A DNA stretch of 64,000 nt, taken from the NCBI GenBank assembly GCA_963830455.1, contig CAWHMT010000004.1, positions 114,644-178,643 of the forward strand, given 5' to 3'. This DNA is from an uncultured Gemmatimonadales bacterium (lineage in GTDB: Bacteria > Gemmatimonadota > Gemmatimonadetes > Gemmatimonadales > GWC2-71-9). The notes beneath the pieces were generated by a model that was not told the origin of the DNA, made no database searches, and saw nothing but the letters and a program-made list of their open reading frames with translations. The first letter of the stretch is position 1. Each line of letters begins with the position of its first letter. Shown here in pieces: positions 8,380 through 17,366 of this stretch. The position numbers and the translations under genes are program-made.

Positions 8380-10511
8380 TCGAAGCTCGCCTCGAGTCCT
8401 TCGGCAGAGTTTGGACCGACGTAAACACGGAACATCCCAGGCTCCACGACCGGCTTCATGTCCAGGCCAATGAACCACAGGTCCTTGACCGCCACGCGCA
8501 AGGTGACTGTCCGCGACTCGTTCGGCTTGAGCGTGACCCGCTGGAACGCTTTGAGCTCGCGCACCGGCCTACTCACGCTCGCCACTTCGTCGCGCACGTA
8601 GAGCTGCACGACCTCCGTGCCCTCACGCGAGCCCGTGTTCGCGACCGTGACCGTCGCGGTCACGGTGTCGCTCACGCGCGCGCGCGCGGTGCTGAGCCGC
8701 AGGTCGCGATAGGCAAACGTCGTGTACGAGAGACCGAATCCAAACGGATACCGCGGGTCGTTGGAAACGTCGAGGTATTTGGACGAGTACTTGTTCTGAG
8801 GCTGCATCGGCCGGCCGGTGTTGCGATGGTTGTAGTACAGCGGCACCTGGCCGAGCGCGCGCGGGAACGTCACCGGCAACCGGCCGCTCGGGTTGTAGTC
8901 GCCGAACAGCACATCGGCGGTCGCATTCCCCGCCTCGACTCCCAGGAACCATGTCTCGACGATCGCCGGCACGTGTTCGGCCGCCCATTCGAAGATCAGG
9001 GGCCGGCCGTTCATGAGCACGAGGACGACCGGCGTGCCGGTGGCGGCGACCGCTTCGAGGAGCTGCTGCTGCACACCCGGCAATCCGATCGAGGCACGGC
9101 TCGCGGCTTCGCCACTCATCTCGGCGCGCTCGCCGAGGACGAGGATCGCCACTTTCGCCTGCTTCGCGGCAGCGACAGCTGCCGCAAACCCGGCCGTCGA
9201 CGTGTCCTCGATACCCGCTCCCTGCGCGTACGACACCTGCGTGCCGGCCGGCAGCTTTGCCTTGATCCCCTGCAGCACGGTTACGACGTCCTCGGCTCGG
9301 CCCTGCGTGTGCCAGGGGCCGAGCGGCTCTTCCTTATTGTCAGCAAGAGGGCCGATGACGGCGATCGCAGTCGACTTGGCGAGCGGCAGCAGCGAGCGCT
9401 CGTTCTTCAGTAGGACGATCGATTCACCGGAAACACGACGGGCCAAGGCGCGCAGCTCCGCAGCGGCCGGCGCGGTGCGCGCGCGATACGGATCGCGGAA
9501 CAGGCCGAGCCGCATCTTGGCGCGCAGGATCCGCATCACTGCCGAATCCACGACCGCCATCGGAATCCGGCCCGAGCGAACGAGCGCCGCCATCGAGTCG
9601 CTCGCGTAGATGCTGCTCATCATGTCCATGTCCACGCCCGCCGTCAGCGCGCGCCGTCCCGCTTCGGCCGGCGATCCCGCGACGCCGTGGGAAATCAGCT
9701 CGGCGACGGATGTCCAGTCGCTCACGACGAAGCCGGGGAATCTCCACTCGCGCCGCAGCACCGTATCGGTGAGCCAGGCGTTGCCCGAAGCAGGAACGCC
9801 GGAGATGTCGTTGAATGCCGACATGACACTCGCGACACCGGCATCCACGGCCGCCTTGAACGGCGGGAGGTACAGCTCGCGCATCGTGCGCTCGGAAATC
9901 TCGGTTTCGTTGTATTCCCTCCCCGCCTCCGAGGCGCCATAGCCGGCGAAATGTTTTACGGTGGCAAAGATCGTCTGCTGAAAGCCCCGCACGCGCGCGG
10001 CGGCCATGAGCGATCCCAGATACGGATCCTCACCTGCCCCTTCAGCGATTCGTCCCCAGCGCGGATCGCGCGCGATGTCGACCATGGGCGCGTAGGTCCA
10101 GCTGAGCCCCGCGGCCGCTGCTTCCAGCCCTGCGGCGCGGGCGGTCGCTTCGGCGGCTTCGGGGTCGAACGCGCTGGCTTCGCCGAGGGGAATCGGAAAG
10201 ATCGTGCGATACCCATGGATCACGTCGAGACCGAACAGCAGCGGGATCTTGAGCCGCGACTCCGTGACGGCGATGCGCTGCACCGGGGTGGTGTTTTCCG
10301 CCCCGATCACGTTGAATAGGCCGCCCAGTTTTCCGGCCCGCACCAGCTGCAGCTGCGGCGGCGAGGCGCGCCCGTCCGCCGACAGGAGATTGAGCTGGCC
10401 GAGCTTTTCTTCGAGCGTCATTTGCCGCAGGAGGGAGTCGAGATTCTGTGCGGCTGCCGCGCCTGAATAGATGAAGAGGGCAGCCAGGACCGTGGTGTAG
10501 CGATGCAACAT
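8367..10511 (-). CDS. bglX: Periplasmic beta-glucosidase, glycoside hydrolase family 3
   Basis: 714 aa. Signal peptide MLHRYTTVLAALFIYSGAAAAQ. GH3 segments LFGLDVIHGY, GFVVSDWTSV (nucleophile Asp region), C-terminal FN3-like domain (VTATVTVANTGSREGTEVVQLYV). Confidence 0.9.
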   Translation of the reverse strand: MLHRYTTVLAALFIYSGAAAAQNLDSLLRQMTLEEKLGQLNLLSADGRASPPQLQLVRAGKLGGLFNVIGAENTTPVQRIAVTESRLKIPLLFGLDVIHGYRTIFPIPLGEASAFDPEAAEATARAAGLEAAAAGLSWTYAPMVDIARDPRWGRIAEGAGEDPYLGSLMAAARVRGFQQTIFATVKHFAGYGASEAGREYNETEISERTMRELYLPPFKAAVDAGVASVMSAFNDISGVPASGNAWLTDTVLRREWRFPGFVVSDWTSVAELISHGVAGSPAEAGRRALTAGVDMDMMSSIYASDSMAALVRSGRIPMAVVDSAVMRILRAKMRLGLFRDPYRARTAPAAAELRALARRVSGESIVLLKNERSLLPLAKSTAIAVIGPLADNKEEPLGPWHTQGRAEDVVTVLQGIKAKLPAGTQVSYAQGAGIEDTSTAGFAAAVAAAKQAKVAILVLGERAEMSGEAASRASIGLPGVQQQLLEAVAATGTPVVLVLMNGRPLIFEWAAEHVPAIVETWFLGVEAGNATADVLFGDYNPSGRLPVTFPRALGQVPLYYNHRNTGRPMQPQNKYSSKYLDVSNDPRYPFGFGLSYTTFAYRDLRLSTARARVSDTVTATVTVANTGSREGTEVVQLYVRDEVASVSRPVRELKAFQRVTLKPNESRTVTLRVAVKDLWFIGLDMKPVVEPGMFRVYVGPNSAEGLEASFECIP

Positions 10512-10644
10512 AGGACGGAGTCTCCGGTATCCAGGGATCGGGAGACTGGAAAGCTACGGCGCAAAACGAGACGGCGTGAAGCCCTAGCGGGGCCCGGGAC
10601 AGGCTGGGCAACTTACGGCCACTGACTCCTACGGGGATCGTTCT

Positions 10645-13600
10645 ATGTGGCGTCGCCATCTTCTGTGGTTCGCTTCCGTCAGCCTGTTTCTCCTTCCTCT
10701 TACGCTCAGCGCACAGACAACGACCGGCACGATTCGCGGCTACGTCAAAGACCAGAATGGCGCGGGGGTGGACGGCGCCCAAGTCCGGGCGCGTCAAACC
10801 ACAACGGGGGTGGAACGCTCGACCACCACGCGTTCGGACGGATCCTACGTCATGCCGGGGTTGGCGCCCGCGACCTATGACTTAGCCATCCGGCAGGTTG
10901 GATTTTCGCCGGTGCAGCGTCAGGTGGTCGTTCAGATCGGCGCCACGCAAGTCGTCGATTTCACGCTGCAAGCCGGTGCTCTCGAGCTGCAGGCGGTCAC
11001 CGTCGAAGCAGCCCCGACGATCGAGATGCGTACCTCGGAACTCGCCACGAACATCACACCGCAGCAGATCGAGCAGCTGCCCACCGTGAGCCGAAACTTT
11101 CTCGACCTGGCCGTGCTGGCTCCTGGCGTTACAGTGTCGGAGGATCGCATTAACGCAACCGGGACCCGGACGTTCAGCGCCGGTGGGGCCAGCCCGAACC
11201 AGTCGAACATTTTCGTAGACGGCTCGAGCCTGAAGAACGATCTGACGGGGGGGGGCGTCGCCGGTCAGGACGCGAGCCGCGGGAATCCGTTCCCGCGGAA
11301 CGCGATCCAGGAGTACCGAGTCATCACCCAGAACTTCAAGGCGGAGTATCAGAAGTCCGCGAGCGCGATCATCACAGCTAATACGCGCTCGGGAGGGAAT
11401 ACATGGACGGGGAACGCGTTCTTCACGTATTCGGGCAAGGATCTGGTGGCGCTCGACACGTTCCAGCTCGTGCAGCAGGACAGGAACCCCAGCTTCAGCG
11501 AGCCGGACTTCACACGCTACCTGGGAGGACTGAGCGTCGGCGGCCCGCTCGTGCGTAACCGGCTGTTCTTCTTTGGTTCGTACGAGGGGAACTACCAAGA
11601 CCGCTCAAACTTCGTGAACATCACGCCGCAGACGGGATTCCCGGGAATCGACACGGTGAACCTCGTGCAATACAACGGGAACTTCACGTCGCCGTTCCGC
11701 GAAACCCTGCTCTTCGGCAAGCTGAGCTACGCCATCAATGAGAATTCGTCAGCGGAGCTCAGCTTCAACGATCGCCACGAGACGGACATTCGAGATTTCG
11801 GCGGCGGAGACGCCGGGCGAACGTACCCAGCTGCCGTCAATTTTCGTCAGGACGTGTCGGTCGCCCAGGCGCGGTACAATCGCACTTGGGGAGGATGGTT
11901 CAATGAATTCAAGGTCGACTATTCACATTTCCGCCGTAATCCGTCCCCCAACAATCCGGGGGTCCCGGCACGCAAGTACATCTATCAGATTCCCGCCACC
12001 ACCAACACGCAGACCGCGTGGGTCGGCAGCGACGTCAGCGAGCAGGACTTCATCCAGGATCGAGTTGGGCTCCGCAACGACCTCACGTACAGCGGCAAGC
12101 AGCAGCACGTGATCAAGGCCGGCGTGAGTGTAGACCTTCTGACATACGACATCAGCAAGTTGAACAACGGGACGCCGGAGTTCGATTACGCCCAGTACGT
12201 CGATTCGGGCTCGCACGACTTCACGACTAATCCCACAGGCCGTCCCTTCAACTTCACTCACCCGTACCGGCTGATCTACGCCACCGGCGCGGGGATCGTC
12301 AACAAGAAGAACACGCAGCTTGGGGTGTACCTGCAGGACGACTGGACACCCACGCCGCGCCTGACGCTAAACCTGGGGATTCGGTGGGACATGGAGTCGG
12401 GCATGCTGAACACCGACTACGTAACGCCACAAGCGGTCGTCGACACGCTCACGCGCTACAACGACTCGCTCCCGACGCCGCTCGATTTGAACCGGTACAT
12501 CAGCAACGGCAATAACCGCCAGCCGTTCAAGGGGGCGTTCCAGCCGCGCGTAGGACTCTCGTACGCCCTGGACGACGCCAACAAGACCGTCCTCTTCGGG
12601 GGCGTGGGGATCTATTACGACCGGTCGCTGTTCGATTTTTCGATCGATGAGATCCAGAAGATCGAACGTCCGACGTACTTCGTCCGGTTCGACGACGATA
12701 CTGTCGCTACCCCAGGGCTCGTCCAGTGGAACGACAGCTACCTGACGGCCGACACGAGCGTCATCAGCGGCCTCGCCCGCTCCTCCGGCCAGCCGGAAGC
12801 GTTCCTGCTCGATAACGACATGAAGCTGCCCAGGTCGACCCAGTGGAGTCTGGGCGTTCGGCGTGTGTTCGGATCGTGGGTGGCAGCGGTCTCATACCAG
12901 GGTCAGCGTGGCACCGATTTATTCACATACAACTGGGCGAACATCGGGATCAATCCCACGACCGGGCTTTGCTGCGTCAGCTTCAACATCGGAGCTCACG
13001 GGTACAACAACTTCATCTACTCGACGAACGACGGGAAGACGTGGTACGACGCCGTGTCGCTGCAACTCGACCGCTCGTATCGCGCGTCGGCCAGCGGCTT
13101 CGGCTGGGGTGGCGGTCTCGTCTATACGTACGCGCAGCGTTACGTCGCCGGGGTCGATAATCTGAACGACATCGGCGGGTCGTTCCCCGGTGGATTCCCC
13201 AACGCCCGCAGTATTGCCAAGCGAGTCGATGGCGGCGGCAATGACGAGCGCCATCGCGTCGTGGCGAACTGGATCATGAACGTTCCCCAGCTCGCGGGGA
13301 TCCAGTTCAGCGGGCTGATCACGCTCGGAAGCGGCGCGCGGCAGGACGTCGGCACGCCTCCGCGGTTCGGTGGCGTCGAGGACTCCACCTACTTCCCGGG
13401 GGCATTCCAGCCGCCGAAGCAGAACTTCTTTGTGTTCGGCGGCTGGGCGTACCGCCGAGTCGATCTCAAGCTCCGCAAGGACTTCCCAAGGATGGGAGGG
13501 ACGACGCTCGCCGTGACGCTCGACATGTTCAACGTGTTCAACTACCAAAACTACGGCGGCTATCAGACTAACGTTCCGAATCCGAACCCGCAGCACACAT

Positions 13601-13674
13601 GGTCGGTGGGGCTGCCCCAGCAAGTGGTGAGCGACGCGCGGCGCGTGCAGTTGGGAGCGGAAGTAGCCTTCTGA
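10645..13674 (+). CDS. TonB-dependent outer-membrane receptor with N-terminal carboxypeptidase-regulatory-like domain (Oar-like)
   Basis: 1009 aa with a signal peptide. TGTIRGYVKDQNGAGVDGAQVRA...GSYVMPGLAPATYDL (CarbopepD_reg), then plug and barrel, with terminal ...VQLGAEVAF aromatic residue. Confidence 0.9.
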   Translation: MWRRHLLWFASVSLFLLPLTLSAQTTTGTIRGYVKDQNGAGVDGAQVRARQTTTGVERSTTTRSDGSYVMPGLAPATYDLAIRQVGFSPVQRQVVVQIGATQVVDFTLQAGALELQAVTVEAAPTIEMRTSELATNITPQQIEQLPTVSRNFLDLAVLAPGVTVSEDRINATGTRTFSAGGASPNQSNIFVDGSSLKNDLTGGGVAGQDASRGNPFPRNAIQEYRVITQNFKAEYQKSASAIITANTRSGGNTWTGNAFFTYSGKDLVALDTFQLVQQDRNPSFSEPDFTRYLGGLSVGGPLVRNRLFFFGSYEGNYQDRSNFVNITPQTGFPGIDTVNLVQYNGNFTSPFRETLLFGKLSYAINENSSAELSFNDRHETDIRDFGGGDAGRTYPAAVNFRQDVSVAQARYNRTWGGWFNEFKVDYSHFRRNPSPNNPGVPARKYIYQIPATTNTQTAWVGSDVSEQDFIQDRVGLRNDLTYSGKQQHVIKAGVSVDLLTYDISKLNNGTPEFDYAQYVDSGSHDFTTNPTGRPFNFTHPYRLIYATGAGIVNKKNTQLGVYLQDDWTPTPRLTLNLGIRWDMESGMLNTDYVTPQAVVDTLTRYNDSLPTPLDLNRYISNGNNRQPFKGAFQPRVGLSYALDDANKTVLFGGVGIYYDRSLFDFSIDEIQKIERPTYFVRFDDDTVATPGLVQWNDSYLTADTSVISGLARSSGQPEAFLLDNDMKLPRSTQWSLGVRRVFGSWVAAVSYQGQRGTDLFTYNWANIGINPTTGLCCVSFNIGAHGYNNFIYSTNDGKTWYDAVSLQLDRSYRASASGFGWGGGLVYTYAQRYVAGVDNLNDIGGSFPGGFPNARSIAKRVDGGGNDERHRVVANWIMNVPQLAGIQFSGLITLGSGARQDVGTPPRFGGVEDSTYFPGAFQPPKQNFFVFGGWAYRRVDLKLRKDFPRMGGTTLAVTLDMFNVFNYQNYGGYQTNVPNPNPQHTWSVGLPQQVVSDARRVQLGAEVAF

Positions 13675-15074
13675 GACTCCCGACCCGGTTTAGCGCCATA
13701 GTTGTTGCCCTGGCCCTCGGAGGCTGCTCCGGCAACTCCGGGGGCCCGGGCGTTTCACCCGACACGGTGGCATTCCTCGACACCCTGCAGCACCGCACGT
13801 TCAACTTTTTCTGGGACCTGACGCCGGCCTCCAACGGCCTCACGCCGGACCGCTGGCCCACGCCGTCATTCTCCAGCATCGCCGCCGTCGGCTTCGCGCT
13901 CACCGCCTATCCGATCGGCGTCGAGCGCGGCTGGGTCACGCGCGCGCAGGCCGCCGACCGCACGCTGGCGACGCTGCGCTTCTTCTGGACCGCGCCGCAG
14001 GACTCGGCCGGCCCCAACACAACCGGCTATCGCGGCTTCTTCTATCATTTCCTCGACATGCAGACCGGCCGCCGCTTCCAGACGGTCGAGCTGTCGACCA
14101 TCGACACTTCGCTCCTGCTCGGCGGCGTGCTGTTCGCGCAATCGTACTTCACCGGCAGCGATACCACGGAAAGAGAGATCCGCGCGCTCGCCGACTCGAT
14201 CTACTTCCGCGTCGACTGGGCATGGGCGCGCGCGCGCCCGCCGGCCGTGAGCATGGGCTGGCATCCCGAAACGGGCTTCATCAACGCCGACTGGATCGGC
14301 TACAACGAGGCCATGATCCTCAACATCCTCGCCCTCGGCTCGCCGACGCATCCGGTCGATTCGACCACGTGGGGCGCGTGGGTGAGCGGCTACCAGTGGG
14401 GTACCTACCACGGCCAGAGCTTCGTCCAGTTCGCGCCGCTGTTCGGCCATCAGTACTCACACGTCTGGATCGATTTCCGCAACATCAAAGACGCCTACAT
14501 GCAGGGGCGCGGGATCGACTATTTCGAGAACTCGCGCCGCGCCACGCTATCGCAGCGCGCCTACGCGATCGCCAATCCCGGCGCCTGGCGCGGCTACAGC
14601 GCCGACGTGTGGGGACTCACCGCGTGCGACGGCCCGGCCGACAAGACCCTCACTCTGGCGGGCCGCAGCCGGCAGTTCCACACCTACGCCGCGCGCGGCG
14701 CCGGACTGAACGACGAGCGGGATGACGGCACGCTCTGTCCAACCGCCGTCGGCGGCTCGCTTCCCTTCGCTCCTGAGATCACGATCCCGGCGCTGCTCGC
14801 GATGCGCACGACGTACGGCGACAAGCTGTACCAGACCTACGGCTTCCTCGACGCCTTCAATCCGACGTTTACCGCGCAGGGCCAGCAAGCAGTGGGAACG
14901 GTCGATCCGTCACTCGGCTGGTTCGACGTGGACTACCTTGGGATCGACCAGGGCCCCATACTCATCATGATCGAAAACCACCGTACCGGATTCGTCTGGA
15001 ACGTCATGAAGACCAATCCGCACATCATCAGGGGTCTGCAGCGCGCCGGCTTCAGCGGCGGCTGGCTGCCATAG
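13599..15074 (+). CDS. Glucoamylase-family protein (GH144-like, endo-beta-1,2-glucanase family as I recall it), lipoprotein
   Basis: FNFFWDLTPASNGLTPDRWP...SSIAAVGFALTAY...GFFYHFLDM...STIDTSLLLGGVLFA match the 'putative glucoamylase' family from memory. ATG 13599 is the only canonical start. CTG 13671, overlapping the receptor stop, gives a textbook lipoprotein signal (see findings). Confidence 0.7.
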   Translation: MVGGAAPASGERRAARAVGSGSSLLRLPTRFSAIVVALALGGCSGNSGGPGVSPDTVAFLDTLQHRTFNFFWDLTPASNGLTPDRWPTPSFSSIAAVGFALTAYPIGVERGWVTRAQAADRTLATLRFFWTAPQDSAGPNTTGYRGFFYHFLDMQTGRRFQTVELSTIDTSLLLGGVLFAQSYFTGSDTTEREIRALADSIYFRVDWAWARARPPAVSMGWHPETGFINADWIGYNEAMILNILALGSPTHPVDSTTWGAWVSGYQWGTYHGQSFVQFAPLFGHQYSHVWIDFRNIKDAYMQGRGIDYFENSRRATLSQRAYAIANPGAWRGYSADVWGLTACDGPADKTLTLAGRSRQFHTYAARGAGLNDERDDGTLCPTAVGGSLPFAPEITIPALLAMRTTYGDKLYQTYGFLDAFNPTFTAQGQQAVGTVDPSLGWFDVDYLGIDQGPILIMIENHRTGFVWNVMKTNPHIIRGLQRAGFSGGWLP

Positions 15075-15538
15075 TGTCCGCACTCCTCTCGGCATTCGCC
15101 GGACTACCCAATGCCGCCGAACCCGTCCCGGGATGGGTGACGGGCGGTCAGCCGACCGAGCAGCAGATCAAAGCGTTCAAGGCGGCCGGCGGTGAGGTCG
15201 TGCTCGACAACCGTGATCCGATGGAACCGCGCCCGTTTGATGAGCCGACAGTGGTGCGCGGCGCGGGGCTCGAGTATCAAAGCCTGCCAATCGTCCACGG
15301 GGCAGTGACGGTGGGTACGATGAAGGGAATGCACGAGATGCTCCGCCGGCTCGTAGGGCGGAAAGCGCTGCTACACTGCTCCAGCGGGAATCGAACCTCC
15401 GCCGCGTTGATTCCGTACTTGATGGTCGATGCGAAAATGGAACAAGACGATGCCGTGGATCTCGCGATGCGAGGAGGGCTCAGAAGCGCTGAGTTGATGG
15501 AATTGGCGCTGCAATACGCAAGCAACCCTGACGAGTGA
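15074..15538 (+). CDS. DUF442 / PTP-loop phosphatase-like protein
   Basis: LHCSSGNRTS is the HC-X5-R(S/T) phosphatase loop. GTG start overlaps the upstream TAG stop by 1 nt (TAGTG). Confidence 0.6.
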   Translation: MSALLSAFAGLPNAAEPVPGWVTGGQPTEQQIKAFKAAGGEVVLDNRDPMEPRPFDEPTVVRGAGLEYQSLPIVHGAVTVGTMKGMHEMLRRLVGRKALLHCSSGNRTSAALIPYLMVDAKMEQDDAVDLAMRGGLRSAELMELALQYASNPDE

Positions 15539-15602
15539 GTGTTTTCCGGACTACTGTTCACTGCGACCCGCTGTGCGTCTGTCTGCCTAGCTTTTGCCTG
15601 TC

Positions 15603-15989
15603 CTAAGCCTTGGGTTCTTCTCGTCCGCCCGCATACCGGTGCCAGTACATCCGCATTTCAGAGATCTTGCCGTCTTTCGTCTCACAAAAGATCGCCCCGC
15701 GCGCGTCCACCTGTTCGCCCGTTCGGCGGCGCCGGAACGTGCAGCGAAACTCCGTCGCAAACCACGGGCCGGCGACGTAGATCTCACCCGAGCTGAATTT
15801 GGTTTCCGCCTGATGCAGCGGGATGTCTTTCCAGTACGCGCGGATCGCGACGAGACCGCGGTCCGGCTGGCTGAACGGCGTCTCGAGAAACACCGCGTCG
15901 TCGGTGAAGATCGACGCGATCGCCTCGACGTCGCCCCGCTCCCACCCCTTGCCGAAGTTGTCGATCAGCGCCCGATAGCTCTCAGTCAT
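15603..15989 (-). CDS. SnoaL-like / NTF2-fold protein
   Basis: 128 aa. IDNFGKGWERGDVEAIASIFTDDAVFLETPF...YW pattern typical of SnoaL-like polyketide-cyclase fold proteins. Confidence 0.6.
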   Translation of the reverse strand: MTESYRALIDNFGKGWERGDVEAIASIFTDDAVFLETPFSQPDRGLVAIRAYWKDIPLHQAETKFSSGEIYVAGPWFATEFRCTFRRRRTGEQVDARGAIFCETKDGKISEMRMYWHRYAGGREEPKA

Positions 15990-16010
15990 GCGCGCAAATA
16001 TACTCGCCGC

Positions 16011-17366
16011 ATGCGCCGGACCGCGTTGCTGATTGGCGTAGCCGCAATGGCCTGCCGCCCCGCGGCCGATGACGGCCTCACACTGCTGTTTCTGGGCCGC
16101 TCCTCAGCCGCCCGCGTAGGCCGGATCTCCTGGGCTGCCGACGCCCCCCGCAGCCGGCTCGTTGCCTTCGACGGAGACCTGCACGTCGTCCGCACGATCG
16201 CGAACCCGCGAATCTCGAGCCCTGTCGCGGTCGCCCCATATCCCAACTCCCGACTCCTAATCACCGAACGCACGGGCGAAGGCGTGGTATTCGATACCGC
16301 CGGCACTCCCATCCGCGAATGGGAAAGCCCCTTCGTTGCCGCCCTCTACGCGACCGACGGCCCTCTCGTCTACGCGTCGCGCTCGCCGTTCTTCGTGCAG
16401 CTCGTGGGCGAGGACGGGAGCGCACCGTTGGTGTGGGAGCTCGATACGCTCGGCATTCCCCGTGTGGGACTCGGCACCATCCACGTCCCCGACATCAAGT
16501 ATCTGGCTCAGCTGGTGAACGCGGGGCCGGTCGCGGCCTACGATCGCGTCGTCTATTTCGCGCCGCTCGTGCGCGACGAGATCCTGCGCCTCGACGCAGC
16601 GGGCTCTCCCGTGTGGCGCAGCGCGCGCGGCTTGATCCCAATCGAGCGCGATCCGCGCTTTGCCGCGGGAAACGAACGGCGTGTCGAGCACGCGCTCATC
16701 AACATCGCGATGACCGTCGGCCCCGATGGCCGCCTGTACGTGCTCGGCGGGCAGGACTCCGCCGCAACCCGGCTGCGGCTCGATGTCCTGGACACCGGGA
16801 CAGGCGCAATACTGGAGAGTCGCATTTTGGGCACGCCCGCCACCGCGATCGCGGTGAATCGCCGCGGCCGCATCCGCATCCTGGACCCCGAGGCGCTGCT
16901 GGCGCAGACGCCGACCAGGGGACGAGAGCTGTTTACGCCGGCGTTCGCGTTGCGCGACCTCGCGGGCAGAGCCGTCCGGCTCGAGGATTACCGGGGGAAA
17001 GTGACCCTCGTGAACTTCTGGGCGTCCTGGTGTGAGCCGTGTCGCGCGGAGTTTCCGCACATGGCGGCACTGTATCGCGAGACGAGTCGTAGCGACTTCG
17101 ACATCGCGGCGATCTCCGATGACGTGAGCGACAGTCAGATGCGCGCGTTTGTGCGCGAATTCAAGCCGCCGTTCCCGATTCTCGTGGGTCGAGGCCGCAT
17201 GAAGGGCGCGTATCACTTCCGTGGTTTGCCCTATTCCGTTCTGCTCGACCGGCAAGGTCGCGTGATCGAGCGCATCTTTGGGTTCGGTGGAGAACAGGAG
17301 TTTCGTCACCTGCGGGAAATCATCTCGAGGGAGATCGATGCTGACTCTGCTGCTGCTCGTCGCTAG
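16011..17366 (+). CDS. TlpA/ResA-type thiol-disulfide oxidoreductase fused to an N-terminal beta-propeller-like domain
   Basis: Start set at ATG 16011 (MRRTALLIGVAAMAC), since upstream ORF codons overlap the SnoaL gene. C-terminal thioredoxin fold VTLVNFWASWCEPCRAEFPHM (WCxxC). Confidence 0.75.
   Translation: MRRTALLIGVAAMACRPAADDGLTLLFLGRSSAARVGRISWAADAPRSRLVAFDGDLHVVRTIANPRISSPVAVAPYPNSRLLITERTGEGVVFDTAGTPIREWESPFVAALYATDGPLVYASRSPFFVQLVGEDGSAPLVWELDTLGIPRVGLGTIHVPDIKYLAQLVNAGPVAAYDRVVYFAPLVRDEILRLDAAGSPVWRSARGLIPIERDPRFAAGNERRVEHALINIAMTVGPDGRLYVLGGQDSAATRLRLDVLDTGTGAILESRILGTPATAIAVNRRGRIRILDPEALLAQTPTRGRELFTPAFALRDLAGRAVRLEDYRGKVTLVNFWASWCEPCRAEFPHMAALYRETSRSDFDIAAISDDVSDSQMRAFVREFKPPFPILVGRGRMKGAYHFRGLPYSVLLDRQGRVIERIFGFGGEQEFRHLREIISREIDADSAAARR

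Noticed and set aside
10519-10547. Inverted repeat AGTCTCC-N15-GGAGACT in the bglX / TonB-receptor divergent spacer, considered as an operator.
   Set aside because: The stem is only 7 bp, it is a single occurrence, and no regulator gene is adjacent. There is too little to support a call.
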